Positions 23,201-32,688 of a DNA stretch of 64,000 bases are shown piece after piece. The notes beneath the pieces were generated by a model. It was not told the DNA's origin and did not search any database. It saw nothing but the letters and a program-made list of their open reading frames with translations. The stretch spans positions 3,962,360 through 4,026,359 of the forward strand of contig OX337231.1 of the NCBI GenBank assembly GCA_946965045.2, given 5' to 3'. Positions within the stretch are counted from its first letter, which is position 1, and each line of letters begins with the position of its first letter. A program made the position numbers and the translations under genes. Origin of the DNA: Epithemia pelagica (lineage: Eukaryota > Protista > Bacillariophyta).

Positions 23201-25868
23201 CTGGTGGTGGCATTGTTGTTTGTCCGTGTGAACGGGTTGCTGGTGGGGGCTGTTGTCTTTCTGGGAAAAGTTCCTTTTGGCATTTTTGGATTCGGGGAGG
23301 GGTGAGGGTAGCCGGTGGCGTGTTGGTCGTCAATCGTTTGACGGCGGCTCTGTAGTTACCGAGATCGGCCAGTTGTTGCGCCGAGCTGGTTTTCCATTGT
23401 GGGAGTTGGTCTGGTGGTGATGTTTGCTGTTGTTGGCGTCGTTGTTGCCTGTTTTTCTTCTTGTTGTTGTGGTTGGTCAGTTTCGGAAGCGGTGTTGGAT
23501 TCCATATGGTTTGGTACAGTTCTTCGATTCTTCCTGCTTTCAGGAGGGACAGTCGGGCGCGGAAGGCGTTGGTGTAAGTTCGGTGCACTGTGTTTTTGAT
23601 CGGTGCTAAGAGCAGGGGCTCTAGCAGAATCAGCAGCTTCCAGAAAGGGCTGGCGTCGGTGTCATGTTGTTGTGGTCGTTCGTCTCGGATGACGGCCTGG
23701 GTGAGAGGTGGTGTTGCTGCAAGGAGCCATGAGATCATGTTGTTGTAGGTGGAGTAGAATTCTGCTCTCAAAGGCGGCTTCAGTTTGTGCCATAAGCTGC
23801 GTCGAAAAGGCGGTGGTGTAAGTTGTAGTTGGTGCAGGTAAGCTAGACTTTTCTTCCAGTTGGTTTCTGTCTCTGGTTGCGCATGTCGGTAGGTGTGTAG
23901 GACTAATTGAGTGTTCATTTGGGACCTACTATGCTTTTTTGTTACATGTTGTCTTAGATGGCCTTCCGTCGTGAATATGGTGTCGTTCGTGAACGACTTT
24001 GTGTTTTCCAAAAACTTTCTCATTTCGTCTAGGCGAGAGGGGTTGTTGTGTGCCACATACTTAAAGATAAGTTCAATCTCCTGCATTGTGGTGGACGAAA
24101 ACTCGTGTTCGTCGTTTTCGAGGTTGTCATCGCTGCCGATCAGGGCCCGGGAGTGATCATCGGAGTCGTCCGTGTCCATCCTGTCTGCGGTCGATGGTTC
24201 GTCGTCTTCTTGTTCGGTGAGAGGTGCAAATTGGTTGCGTTTGGCTGCGGGTTTGGAGTCTTCTTCCTCTGGGTGTGGTGCAAACGAGTTTGTTTGTGCG
24301 GCCACCGTCGTCCAGTCGGTTCCGTCCTCGTATGGGTCACTTTCTTCGTCTTCTGTGGGTTGCATGGCCGCGGCGCTTCGTTTGTTGGCCGGTGGGCTGG
24401 TGTTTGTCGGTGTACTCTGGTTGTTGGTGTTGTTGATGTTGCTGTCTCCGGACGTCTCATCGAGGTTGTTGTGTTTGCGACGGAGCAGACGGTTGGTGAA
24501 GGCTAGCAGCCTATTGGTGTGGCTTGAGGAAGTTGGATTGGTTGGGTTTTGGCCTGTGGTGGTCTGTCTTGGTGGTGTTGCCGCTACTGCCGCCAGAGTG
24601 GGGAGAAGAATGTTTTCGGGAAACTCTGGGTGCTGCTGGATGGTGTTGGTGGTTAACATGTGGGTGTCCGGTGTCTTTCGCAAATAGAGGGTGTAGAATT
24701 GCGGATCCGGGTCTTCGTTATCAAATTCTGGAAAAAGGGCCACGAATTCACGGATGTTTCGCAGGCGGTTCCAATCTCCGTCGGTTGCTTCTTGGTTGAT
24801 GGGTTTAAGCTTGATTTTGACGCAAGCTCCGAAGAACTGGTCAATGTCCTTGATTGCCTCCAAGGTTGTTGTTCGATTGCTCTGAGAGGTTGGCATCGGG
24901 ATGATTTGGATGTTGTTCTTGCACCAAGTCAGTTCGGTGTTGCGGTTGGCGGATTGGTAGGCGTTGTAACTCCGAAGTAGTGCCTCAAAGTTGCTTTTGG
25001 ACGAGGCTGTGAGGTAAATTGCCGGAACTTGTCCACGTTGTTTATTTTTCAGCTCGCCGCTGAAAGTTCCAGCACGGCAGCCGATGTGGTTGTAATAGTC
25101 CACGTGGTTCAACTTCCGAGGGAGGTGAGGGGTGAGGATGTTTTGGATGTCGGAGGACAGGTCCAAAGCTGCTCGACGGTGTTTGATTGTTTGGGCCGGC
25201 ACCCCTACGACTATGCCGTAGGTGTCGCTCGTGCGGTTGTTGCATGCTGGTTGGTAGACGTTGATCTGGTCGTACCGTGGGTATATCGTTGGGTTGGATT
25301 GGCGGGTGCCTGGGCGAAGGATTGTTTGGTACCCGTGCTCGTCGTAGGAAAAGTCGTCGTTGTGGTGTTTATGCCACATTTGCAAGACGAAGCGAAGACC
25401 TTGCTCGAAGAAAACACCGGTTCGAATGCGTCGTTCGCTGGAGCTGGGGAGAGGGTGACATGGAAGGTGGATGTGTGTCCACTTCCCTTGTTGGATCGGT
25501 TTTGGTTGTCTGCGCCACGGAGGGGGCGACTGGGGGACTGTTTCGTTTCGAGGAAGTCCACGGAGTGGACCTGTAGCCACATCGGCTCTTCCCTCTTGCT
25601 GTGGTGGAAGAAAACGTCGTTGAGATGCGTTTTCAGAGCTTGTTCGGTGAGTCGCGGGAGAGTGGACTCGATCTCGTGGTTGTGGTGGTGGTTCACTGCC
25701 ACGTGTAGGTGGAACAGGAAGGACGGTTCGGGAGACTGGGGACGTTTCGCCACTTTCGGTTGCCTGTAAGGGTTCGTCGTCGGCGTGCCTTTCTCGTTGT
25801 CGTTGCGTTTGGTGGTCGAGTCGTCGTCGCTCGTCAGGATTTTGTTATCGGTGGGTTGCGTTTCCTTG
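20258..25868 (-). mobile_element. Non-LTR retrotransposon, CRE/SLACS-like clade (RT + C-terminal RLE), 5'-truncated, with poly(A) and 10-bp TSD
   Basis: T13 tract at 20258-20270 (poly-A on the minus strand). GTTGTTGTTG direct repeats at 20248-20257 and 25869-25878. The flanks rejoin to match the empty paralogous site near 7700-7730 (inverted). Confidence 0.9.
20304..25580 (-). CDS. CRE-type retrotransposon polyprotein (RT, CCHC knuckle, restriction-like endonuclease)
   Basis: RT motifs PGTAAGP, LRPIGIGTAIRR, GQYGIQTPGG, LDLTNMFNNVSR, GFPQGCPLSP, IMDD, GIILNKNKT and GVRFLGQPIG. C-terminal CRC...DPMGDHLFSC, NAIRD, RPADV and AAIDITI. The annotated start is GTG; the true N-terminus is uncertain. 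Confidence 0.93.
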   Translation of the reverse strand: MATGPLRGLPRNETVPQSPPPWRRQPKPIQQGKWTHIHLPCHPLPSSSERRIRTGVFFEQGLRFVLQMWHKHHNDDFSYDEHGYQTILRPGTRQSNPTIYPRYDQINVYQPACNNRTSDTYGIVVGVPAQTIKHRRAALDLSSDIQNILTPHLPRKLNHVDYYNHIGCRAGTFSGELKNKQRGQVPAIYLTASSKSNFEALLRSYNAYQSANRNTELTWCKNNIQIIPMPTSQSNRTTTLEAIKDIDQFFGACVKIKLKPINQEATDGDWNRLRNIREFVALFPEFDNEDPDPQFYTLYLRKTPDTHMLTTNTIQQHPEFPENILLPTLAAVAATPPRQTTTGQNPTNPTSSSHTNRLLAFTNRLLRRKHNNLDETSGDSNINNTNNQSTPTNTSPPANKRSAAAMQPTEDEESDPYEDGTDWTTVAAQTNSFAPHPEEEDSKPAAKRNQFAPLTEQEDDEPSTADRMDTDDSDDHSRALIGSDDNLENDEHEFSSTTMQEIELIFKYVAHNNPSRLDEMRKFLENTKSFTNDTIFTTEGHLRQHVTKKHSRSQMNTQLVLHTYRHAQPETETNWKKSLAYLHQLQLTPPPFRRSLWHKLKPPLRAEFYSTYNNMISWLLAATPPLTQAVIRDERPQQHDTDASPFWKLLILLEPLLLAPIKNTVHRTYTNAFRARLSLLKAGRIEELYQTIWNPTPLPKLTNHNNKKKNRQQRRQQQQTSPPDQLPQWKTSSAQQLADLGNYRAAVKRLTTNTPPATLTPPRIQKCQKELFPERQQPPPATRSHGQTTMPPPAAQYLKLQDNMFETALRQMKPGTAAGPFSTSTDILVSMALHRTTRSPDATRPYFNSIKSMIQLVVTAQVPPTIQTILASNYFLALHKDINNLERLRPIGIGTAIRRVAAKAALVQLTDDIRPLLLQGGQYGIQTPGGVDFVAQSTAMAVNEYIERQTNSENTNNADNNNNTPSRALVMLDLTNMFNNVSRTEARKILLEDEATTQLVPLFDLLTNGPCNQWYFDENKNARYLTQEGFPQGCPLSPLFSCLVLLALTNKLNKEQAKRAQQRKVSHDSYDDTMGGIGHTASIMDDTSVCLPHCDLLWFLQRFEELGKPLGIILNKNKTTILTSTTGISPSNNLKPDQQRNLQQALEFLSPDNPEKAEITHGVRFLGQPIGSQSFAQQYINQKLDNMYNKMDCLTQLNDLQTQHSLFKYTMISSIMHLLPSDILLANPNQDPRTTLWTSPTTQRTEKLVARFLAKLTSLPEHQITETSTLIATMPQRLGGLGYQQAATAAYPHFLTQTARAIHLASSTENPIPAVHQRHFTSWKDSTNEHMTKFRKALSLFANEQAEESLFVPSRYEPTTHNRLLKHTVQEHTLPRLIVETDPNQRLFLPALLSPLTSMALSLPLTASKFRYTNQIFRTAIKRKLRLPLFVNDPTQNWPQKCRCSKTKSIDPMGDHLFSCTAASKTPLSNAIRDTLFDVLKHIAPAAEAVDTPHDVHIEPPGLAPQHHRNIRPADVGMLLSQPHKNEPFNYAAIDITIPPPPQPQPLLDPSDHTTLASMASRTHQEAARAKFCRDPDTAKHLFDNGIYLIPFTVDHLGGLGSFADRLLFPSDYHPHLFTTTQPPPWHNPYFGKDQKRSKPQPSAFRLFEEFTAAPSNLLTAANAKTKKFSYPEAHIYSIGHFAKASLGHAIVSALATHANNNIGAIRKHQSKQKLITTQLQNLASPCFAPVTPIYSPAPMAEFVPNMDTAPLLCELTA

Positions 25869-26317
25869 GTTGTTGTTGGTTTTGCGGAACCGTGTCGCTC
25901 GTTTTTGGAGTGTCGCAGCGGCACTGCTTCCTCTCGTTTGGAACTATCCTTGCTATTGTATTGTTATGTCGCCATGGTGTTGTTCTTACTCCTCTATACT
26001 AGTACGATGCGGCACGTTGCTTGCTCCAAAATTAAGACAGGATGGAGTCCTTGGTGATCCTACACGAGTGCTTCTACACAAAGAGATCTAGAGAAGAAAT
26101 GCCTGTAACAAGAATGAGAACTCGAGTGGATCTATCTACTAAAGGGAATTTGCACCAGGCAACTTAATGCCGATGGGATTCCACCATGTAATAGAGGAGA
26201 ATCCAGTACGATTCTATGGATCGAATATATTGTGTGTGTTTTGGTGTGTGTTGTGTGCAGAGTGAGGTATATCGCATTGTTCCATTCATTCGTTCCTGTT
26301 TCCCTCCTTGGCATTCA

Positions 26318-28648
26318 CTATTCTTCTTCGGAAACTTTGATAAAAAAGACCACCACTGACGATGGCACCCAAGCAGTTTGCTGGTGGTCTGGTTCGGGCT
26401 GTTGCGTCATGTTCTTGTCGTCGTCGTTGTCGTTGGGACCACCCGAGAACTTGTCCTTGTCGTTGTTGTTGTCCTTGTCGTTTTGTTCGTTTTCTTCTTC
26501 TTCTTTTTCTTGGACACTTGTTGACTCGCCAGTGTCCTTGTTGTTGGAAGAAGAACAAGGACTGGTGGTGTTGGAGCCAGCAGAGAATGGCGGTTGTGCC
26601 GACAATGGCTGCTCTTTTACTTCTACGGCACCATTGCCCAATCCTGCTCCTCCTCCTGGTAACGACTCTTCCTCCAGTGCGCTGGGGTAATAGACCAACC
26701 AATTGGGTGCTTGTGCTTGTGCTTGTGCTGCTGGTCCATGATGATGACCTTTTTTGTGGTAATGGTTGTGAATGGGAACCGAATAATGGCGTTGTACATA
26801 GTCCATGGCATCCTGAACGCAGGATTGAAACTCCTGATACGACGATGACGATGACGACGAACCCTCTCTTTCTCCTCCTCGCGATTCGTTACCAGACGAC
26901 GAAAGCGTATACACTTTGGAAAGCCAGGTTCCCGACAAGTATTCCACGTGAAAGGAAGATGAAGATGATGGTGACGTGGTTGGTGTTGAAGAAGAACCAC
27001 TGGAGGTTACAGACGAGGGGGATGTTGCGGTTGTGGTTGCGGGTCTTGGTGATTCGACTCCGGCTCCTGGTTCCGATTGTTGTTGTGGCTGATGCTGCGA
27101 CGAGGAGAGAAGCCATTCTGGATTCTGAATACTCACATATAATTTCGAACCCAACAGTCGACCAACGTCGGCCAGAACCAATCCTTCTGGGTCCCAACAT
27201 TTGCCTTCCATGGTCGACAGTGGCATTGTCTTGTGGTTCTTGTTAGTGTTGTGGTGTGTGGGAGATAAGGCCGTGGCCGTGGCGGTCATGATTTTGCGTC
27301 GCGTTTGTTGCACCACCTTTTCGAGACGATTCGGATCCAGGCTGCCAAAAAAGGTCCACATGCGTTGGACACAAAAGGGTTTTCGATCCCAGACATGTTC
27401 GACATTGTCGTAGTGCGAAGGATGAAAGAGTTGAATCTTTTGATACTCGGTCGTTTCATCCGTTGTATCTTCCGGTGTCGGAGGAAGTAAGGGCACGACA
27501 TGGGCCGCCAAATCCGTGGTTGTCGTTGTGGCAGTTTCATTCGGGTCGTGGTCGTTGTTCTTGGTACAATAGTCTCGAAAAAAGAGTTCTTCGGCCTGGG
27601 CCAAATCATGTTGCAACAATTCAATATTGGCCTGGGAGGACAAGAATTCTTCCGCCACTTGTTGTTCCTGATCCTGTCGTCGTCCTGTCCGTGTGGTATC
27701 CAGAACTGGGGCCTTGTCGTCGTCATTGTCGTTTGGATTGTCGTTGTTCGGCAAGGACGATTTGGCTTGTGTGGACTGATGAAAGGACTCACTCATAATC
27801 TTCCAGGTATCAGCTGCTATATTCGCATCGGTCTCTATCTCTAGTGGAACAACAGGAGACGAGGATGTCGGTTTCCCTTCTGCAGCAGTTGATGTTGTTG
27901 GAGAGGCAGACGAAGGAGAAGTGGCTTGTGGTGTCGGCCCATTGGTGGAGGATGTCGTGTCGAGAATGGCCCCTCGATAAAAGAATCTTCGGGGAGTCGG
28001 TGCGGTGGAGTCTTTTTCTTTGGGACTGTTGTTGTTGTTGTTGTTTTTCGTAGTCTTGTCATTAGTTCTTCTTCTTCCTGGTTTGGCCCCACCTCGACGG
28101 AAAAAGGCATCCCTCTGGTTGTTGTTGTTGTTGTTTCCACCGCTAATGACGCCATTGGCATCAATCAAGGCATATCGAACAGGTCTGCTATGGACGGTCC
28201 TTTTTTGGTGGAATTTGGTTCTGGTCGCGGATCCCTCCAAGTCTGGTTCTTCCTGCAACAAACCATGGTCGGTGGCTGGTCCACTTTGCAGGCTACCACT
28301 CACACTGCTCCGAAAGGACGTGGTGCTCCATACAATGGATTTGTTCAATCCTCCTGCCGTGCCAGCAATCACAGCTGCAGTAGTGTCTTCATCCTCCCCC
28401 TCTTCCTCGTTATTGTTCCTGTTGCTGTCCTTGCCGGTTTCGGCACTACGAGCGGAACCACCGTGGTCATCATCGTCGTAGTTCGTCCCTCCTTGAGTTG
28501 TGCAGAATGACGTTTGGACTGCAGCACCACTTTCGGGACGGATATCGCTGCTCTTGGTGGATGACGACGGGCCCTCTTTTGTTTCACTCACGACACGATC
28601 TTCTTCTTCTTCTCCTTCTTCCTGGTCCTTCTGGATGGCCGTGTTCAT
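26318..28648 (-). CDS. Hypothetical protein (776 aa), the intact member of a local 3-copy family
   Basis: Uninterrupted ATG-initiated ORF with conserved-looking blocks between S/T/N-rich linkers. No family recognised. Confidence 0.7.
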   Translation of the reverse strand: MNTAIQKDQEEGEEEEDRVVSETKEGPSSSTKSSDIRPESGAAVQTSFCTTQGGTNYDDDDHGGSARSAETGKDSNRNNNEEEGEDEDTTAAVIAGTAGGLNKSIVWSTTSFRSSVSGSLQSGPATDHGLLQEEPDLEGSATRTKFHQKRTVHSRPVRYALIDANGVISGGNNNNNNQRDAFFRRGGAKPGRRRTNDKTTKNNNNNNSPKEKDSTAPTPRRFFYRGAILDTTSSTNGPTPQATSPSSASPTTSTAAEGKPTSSSPVVPLEIETDANIAADTWKIMSESFHQSTQAKSSLPNNDNPNDNDDDKAPVLDTTRTGRRQDQEQQVAEEFLSSQANIELLQHDLAQAEELFFRDYCTKNNDHDPNETATTTTTDLAAHVVPLLPPTPEDTTDETTEYQKIQLFHPSHYDNVEHVWDRKPFCVQRMWTFFGSLDPNRLEKVVQQTRRKIMTATATALSPTHHNTNKNHKTMPLSTMEGKCWDPEGLVLADVGRLLGSKLYVSIQNPEWLLSSSQHQPQQQSEPGAGVESPRPATTTATSPSSVTSSGSSSTPTTSPSSSSSFHVEYLSGTWLSKVYTLSSSGNESRGGEREGSSSSSSSYQEFQSCVQDAMDYVQRHYSVPIHNHYHKKGHHHGPAAQAQAQAPNWLVYYPSALEEESLPGGGAGLGNGAVEVKEQPLSAQPPFSAGSNTTSPCSSSNNKDTGESTSVQEKEEEENEQNDKDNNNDKDKFSGGPNDNDDDKNMTQQPEPDHQQTAWVPSSVVVFFIKVSEEE

Positions 28649-29883
28649 GGTGGTTTGCTTTCCGAATGGCGTTCTCTCTACCTGTCTTTCTCTCGTTTGT
28701 GTTCAACGGATGAGAATGAGAAAGATGAAGAAATGTCTGTGTGTGTAAGGTACGACGGGCGGGGCGGTATCTTTTCACCGCTGTGGTCAGTGATTGAGTG
28801 CATAACGCCTGTGCGTCGTCCGCTGCTCCCCGTTTGCAGATCGAACCTCGAACCCAATGAAGATGTGCTCTCTAGCTTTACTTTGTAGTTCTCAAAGAGT
28901 GTGGTATTATTCAAAGGTTCTCTTCCCTCTAAACGAGTTCCAAGCACAAGAGAAACAGGTCACTTTTGCAATTACAATAATGATACAAAACTATATGGTA
29001 TAGATAGTAGCATTGATGGCGCCAACTCAAGACTCGACGATAGCTGTCGTGGTCTCGCCTGTTGGATCGCCTTTTGACACATAGATTGGAGGCCAGCAGC
29101 GCCTATTCTTGAACAGATCATTTCTCCCTGGAACGACACACCGATTCTTCATGTTCCTCCACTGAGTGTGTCTTCTTCCCATCTCAGGGGTGGCAACTGA
29201 CAACTCTAGACGACGAGAGTCCGACCATTGACTCCCCCGCAAGACAGGCTCTCTTGCAGATAAAAGTCTATACCGCAAAGCCATTGGATCGACACATGGC
29301 ATGATGTTGCCATGTATCCACCAGAAGAGCGCACGGGATCATAAAACTTGGACGAAGCGAGGAGCATCTCCAACAAACCATGCGGTACGTACGTCTATCT
29401 TGTGTAGACGGATACGCAACGCCACCTTGCGTGTCTCCATTCAGTTTGCTTACAACGCAGGAGACAACAACGACGGTTGAAACAAGGAACCTTCTTGAAC
29501 AAGGCTTGATGATTCGATCTCGGCATCCGGATCATTTTTGTTCCTCTCATGACCATTAGTGCCCTTGAGTTCCCTACACTGCTGTTTCTCAAAGACGACT
29601 TCGTGTTCTTCCTCCGCAGGATGATCGTCGGAAATCAGTGAGGGCGATGCGGAGTCACAAGATTCTTCTGCTGTGACGCTTTTCTTTTCCTCCACGACAT
29701 GTTCTTCTTGCAATGACGACATGCCTTGAATTCCAGGACTCAAACCTTCTCCTTCTTCGTGGCCTTTTGGTGGAGAGTCATGTACGTGAACAAGAGATGA
29801 GGAATGAATCTTTCGTTCGCTTTGTTCATGGTCGCATGGTTCTTGGTCTTCCGACAAGTTGCTATCCGCCACAACTCCACGCT

Positions 29884-31992
29884 TTACCGTATCACCCGAC
29901 AACGGTCATTTTCCTCCCCTTGATTCGATTGTTCTTGCAATTCAAATGTTTGTCCGACTGTGGGTACAACAACAAGTGCCTCTGGAGACGCATGTAGGTC
30001 ATTTGAAATCGGATCGTCCTCCGGAGTGTCTGGCAAAGTTTCACCATTCTCGATTACCGCCGGTGAAGACGAATCTTCTTTCGTTTCGGGGTTTACGACT
30101 GCTGCAGATTCAATTCTTTGTGGTGGTACTTGTTCGTTGGATGATTTCAATGGGACCGCAACGTCAATGGATGGTGTGGTGTAAATTTCTCTACCAATCA
30201 AGCGTTGGTCCATATTGGTCGATGCTTCCTTTTCGTCGTCCATGTCATCCTCCTCATCGTCATCGGAGCCGTAGACATCCTCATTTGCCAAGTCCAATGC
30301 TGCTGCCGCGGCTGCAGCATCCGCCATAAGAAAAGGAGGAACAAAAGAAGCTCGTCGGTAGTCTTCTGCATGCTCCTCAATCCGCTGATGGCTCTCTTGT
30401 CGACGGCGGTCACGTTCTTGCTGATGCTCCTGTTCCAGTTGATCGCGTCTGTCATCCATATCCATCATGAGCTCATCATCATCGTCATCGTCAGGGTCGT
30501 CACAACTCGATGCCTCCATGGAGACTTCCTCCACCCTGTGGAGAGTGCGCAACTCTTCATCTCGTTCCTTCTTTTCCGATTCGGTACCATTCTCCTCTGC
30601 TTCTTTCACCAGCCCCGAACCACTGGTGGGCACGTCCACGTCTTGCTGGAAGACCACAGAGGCCGTTTGTTTTCGGGATGACGCAATACCAAACTCCTGA
30701 CTGACATTGGACGCCGACACTAAGGACTGTTTCAACAGAATACCCCCTCCTCGGAAACTACTATTCTTTGGTATCCCCGAAGCTCCATTGCTGCCCGACG
30801 ATCGAGACCAAAAGGGATTGTTTCCAGCCGTGGTCGTGGATCGACGCACCATGGACAGGGTCCGTTTCCGTCGTCGGACAAAGTTTTGAATCTCCATTTT
30901 GTAATACACCAAAGCATTTAAAAATCCTTGCAGTGGGAGGAATAGGGTCATGAGAAAGAGGGTGGCAAACCGGATATTCTCCTTGTGTAGTTGTTGCGAC
31001 CGTACAATGGTTGGAAACAAAAAAATGAGGACAAAGACGGCCGAAAACAACAAGCCTTGCAAAAAGACTGGCCGGCTGAGTCGTCCTCCTCCTCCTCGAT
31101 TCGTCGACGAGAAGAAGCGAAATGATAACGACCGTCTCGATCTCCCAGACTGTTGACTTGTACTGAAATGACCACTTCCTCCTCCTCCTGTGTGGCTTTG
31201 TCCATCTCGGCCTCCACCGCCATCCTCATGGTTAGTTGTGTGGCTCTCTGTTGGGTTTTGGTGATGGTGGTCAGGGGGTGAAAAGGATTCGGATTGCGGT
31301 TGTTGTTGTTGAAGGCTAAAGGTACTCGCCTGATCGTAGCGGTTGGCCACGTTCTGCTCAAACTCGTACCGTTTGTTGGCCTCCTCTCGTCGGCGCACGT
31401 AGCGATAAATAAGAGAAAACAGACAGACAATAATGGCAAAAACGACCCAGAGTGGTCCGTAGTAGACAATGAATTTGAGCATATCCGATTGCTCCGTTCC
31501 CGAGAACCAACACCACAGTTCATTCGGATTGAACTGATCATGCGCCAGTCCATAAATCGCAGTGGTGGTTCCAAACGTGGCTGGCAAGAGATGAAAGCAC
31601 CAGGCGTATTGCTTCATTCGTTCTTCGCGCCAACTGTGATTTACGGCCAAGTAAGAATAGACGGCCACACTTAAATTGTACATTGGAATGGCCGAGGCAA
31701 ATGTCTGAAACAAAAAGGCTTGTGCTCGACAGGTTTGCATGCTGCCACTGGGCTGGAAGGTATTGGGATTGTCCACATCGCCAGGAATCGCCCAACTCCC
31801 CACAACGTACATGGAGCTTGCACCAATATCATAAATCGACATTCCCAGCAAAATGTACAACAAGGTGGTTCGTCGAAGTCCATCCTTTCTCCAAATGTTG
31901 ACAATAATCGACAGGGATCCCAAAATCGACAGGGAGCCAGTGCATTTTGCGGTCAGTTCTGCCGCCCTCAGCTGCGCCGCCGAATGGCCCAT
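29884..31992 (-). CDS. 7-TM G-protein-coupled receptor, cAMP-receptor (CAR)/Git3-like (702 aa)
   Basis: Seven hydrophobic segments: GSLSILGSLSII; LLYILLGMSIYD; CRAQAFLFQ...YNLSVAVYSY; CFHLLP; ELWCWF; YYGPLWVVF; QGLLFSAVF...; LFLPLQGFLNALVY. Long acidic C-terminal tail. Confidence 0.88.
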   Translation of the reverse strand: MGHSAAQLRAAELTAKCTGSLSILGSLSIIVNIWRKDGLRRTTLLYILLGMSIYDIGASSMYVVGSWAIPGDVDNPNTFQPSGSMQTCRAQAFLFQTFASAIPMYNLSVAVYSYLAVNHSWREERMKQYAWCFHLLPATFGTTTAIYGLAHDQFNPNELWCWFSGTEQSDMLKFIVYYGPLWVVFAIIVCLFSLIYRYVRRREEANKRYEFEQNVANRYDQASTFSLQQQQPQSESFSPPDHHHQNPTESHTTNHEDGGGGRDGQSHTGGGGSGHFSTSQQSGRSRRSLSFRFFSSTNRGGGGRLSRPVFLQGLLFSAVFVLIFLFPTIVRSQQLHKENIRFATLFLMTLFLPLQGFLNALVYYKMEIQNFVRRRKRTLSMVRRSTTTAGNNPFWSRSSGSNGASGIPKNSSFRGGGILLKQSLVSASNVSQEFGIASSRKQTASVVFQQDVDVPTSGSGLVKEAEENGTESEKKERDEELRTLHRVEEVSMEASSCDDPDDDDDDELMMDMDDRRDQLEQEHQQERDRRRQESHQRIEEHAEDYRRASFVPPFLMADAAAAAAALDLANEDVYGSDDDEEDDMDDEKEASTNMDQRLIGREIYTTPSIDVAVPLKSSNEQVPPQRIESAAVVNPETKEDSSSPAVIENGETLPDTPEDDPISNDLHASPEALVVVPTVGQTFELQEQSNQGEENDRCRVIR

Positions 31993-32688
31993 TCATTCAA
32001 CTCTTTCCTTCTTTTTCTTCTTCTTGTTTACAAATGCAGTCTCTTGTTGGTGTCCCTTGTCAACTCTCTCCAAGTCTCCTCTCTCAAACACCGAGATGAA
32101 TCTTCTATTCGCTTGGTCACTGCATGTTATATTATTATGTTATATCGCGGGTTATATCGCTCAAAACCAAAAAAAGGGTCCAATGTCCAATACAAAATTC
32201 AAAATTCAGAGAACTTTGGGGGCTTGCCAAAATTGCCCAACAGAATACAGACGGAGCTGCCGGAAGCAGCGACATGAAAAAGTACAGCAGTATGAGATGT
32301 TAGTGGATACGCACAATGTCCAGATGACAGATGATATGAACGAAAGGGACAATCGATGTCGAAGGACGACACGTTTCTGTCGTGATGTGGTGGATCATTC
32401 GCCATTATTTCCCCTCCAAATAGGTGAGACGGCCAGACCAAATTTGGTCGCGTGTCCTGGACACGTGCTAGGCAGAGCTTGCTCTCAAATAGGGTGGCTT
32501 TGCCGGCTCTCCAACTGCCACCCCGGTCCTCATCCGGATGCTTGAAGGAAAAAAGATTTTTTCTCTGCAGAAAACACTCATCAGACTCCTTTGGTGCTCC
32601 TGTGGTGGTCCTCCATAGTCAACACACTGACTATCAAGAGCAACAACACACGCAGCAACAAAAAAGCCTCCTTCTGGACAACAGATCT

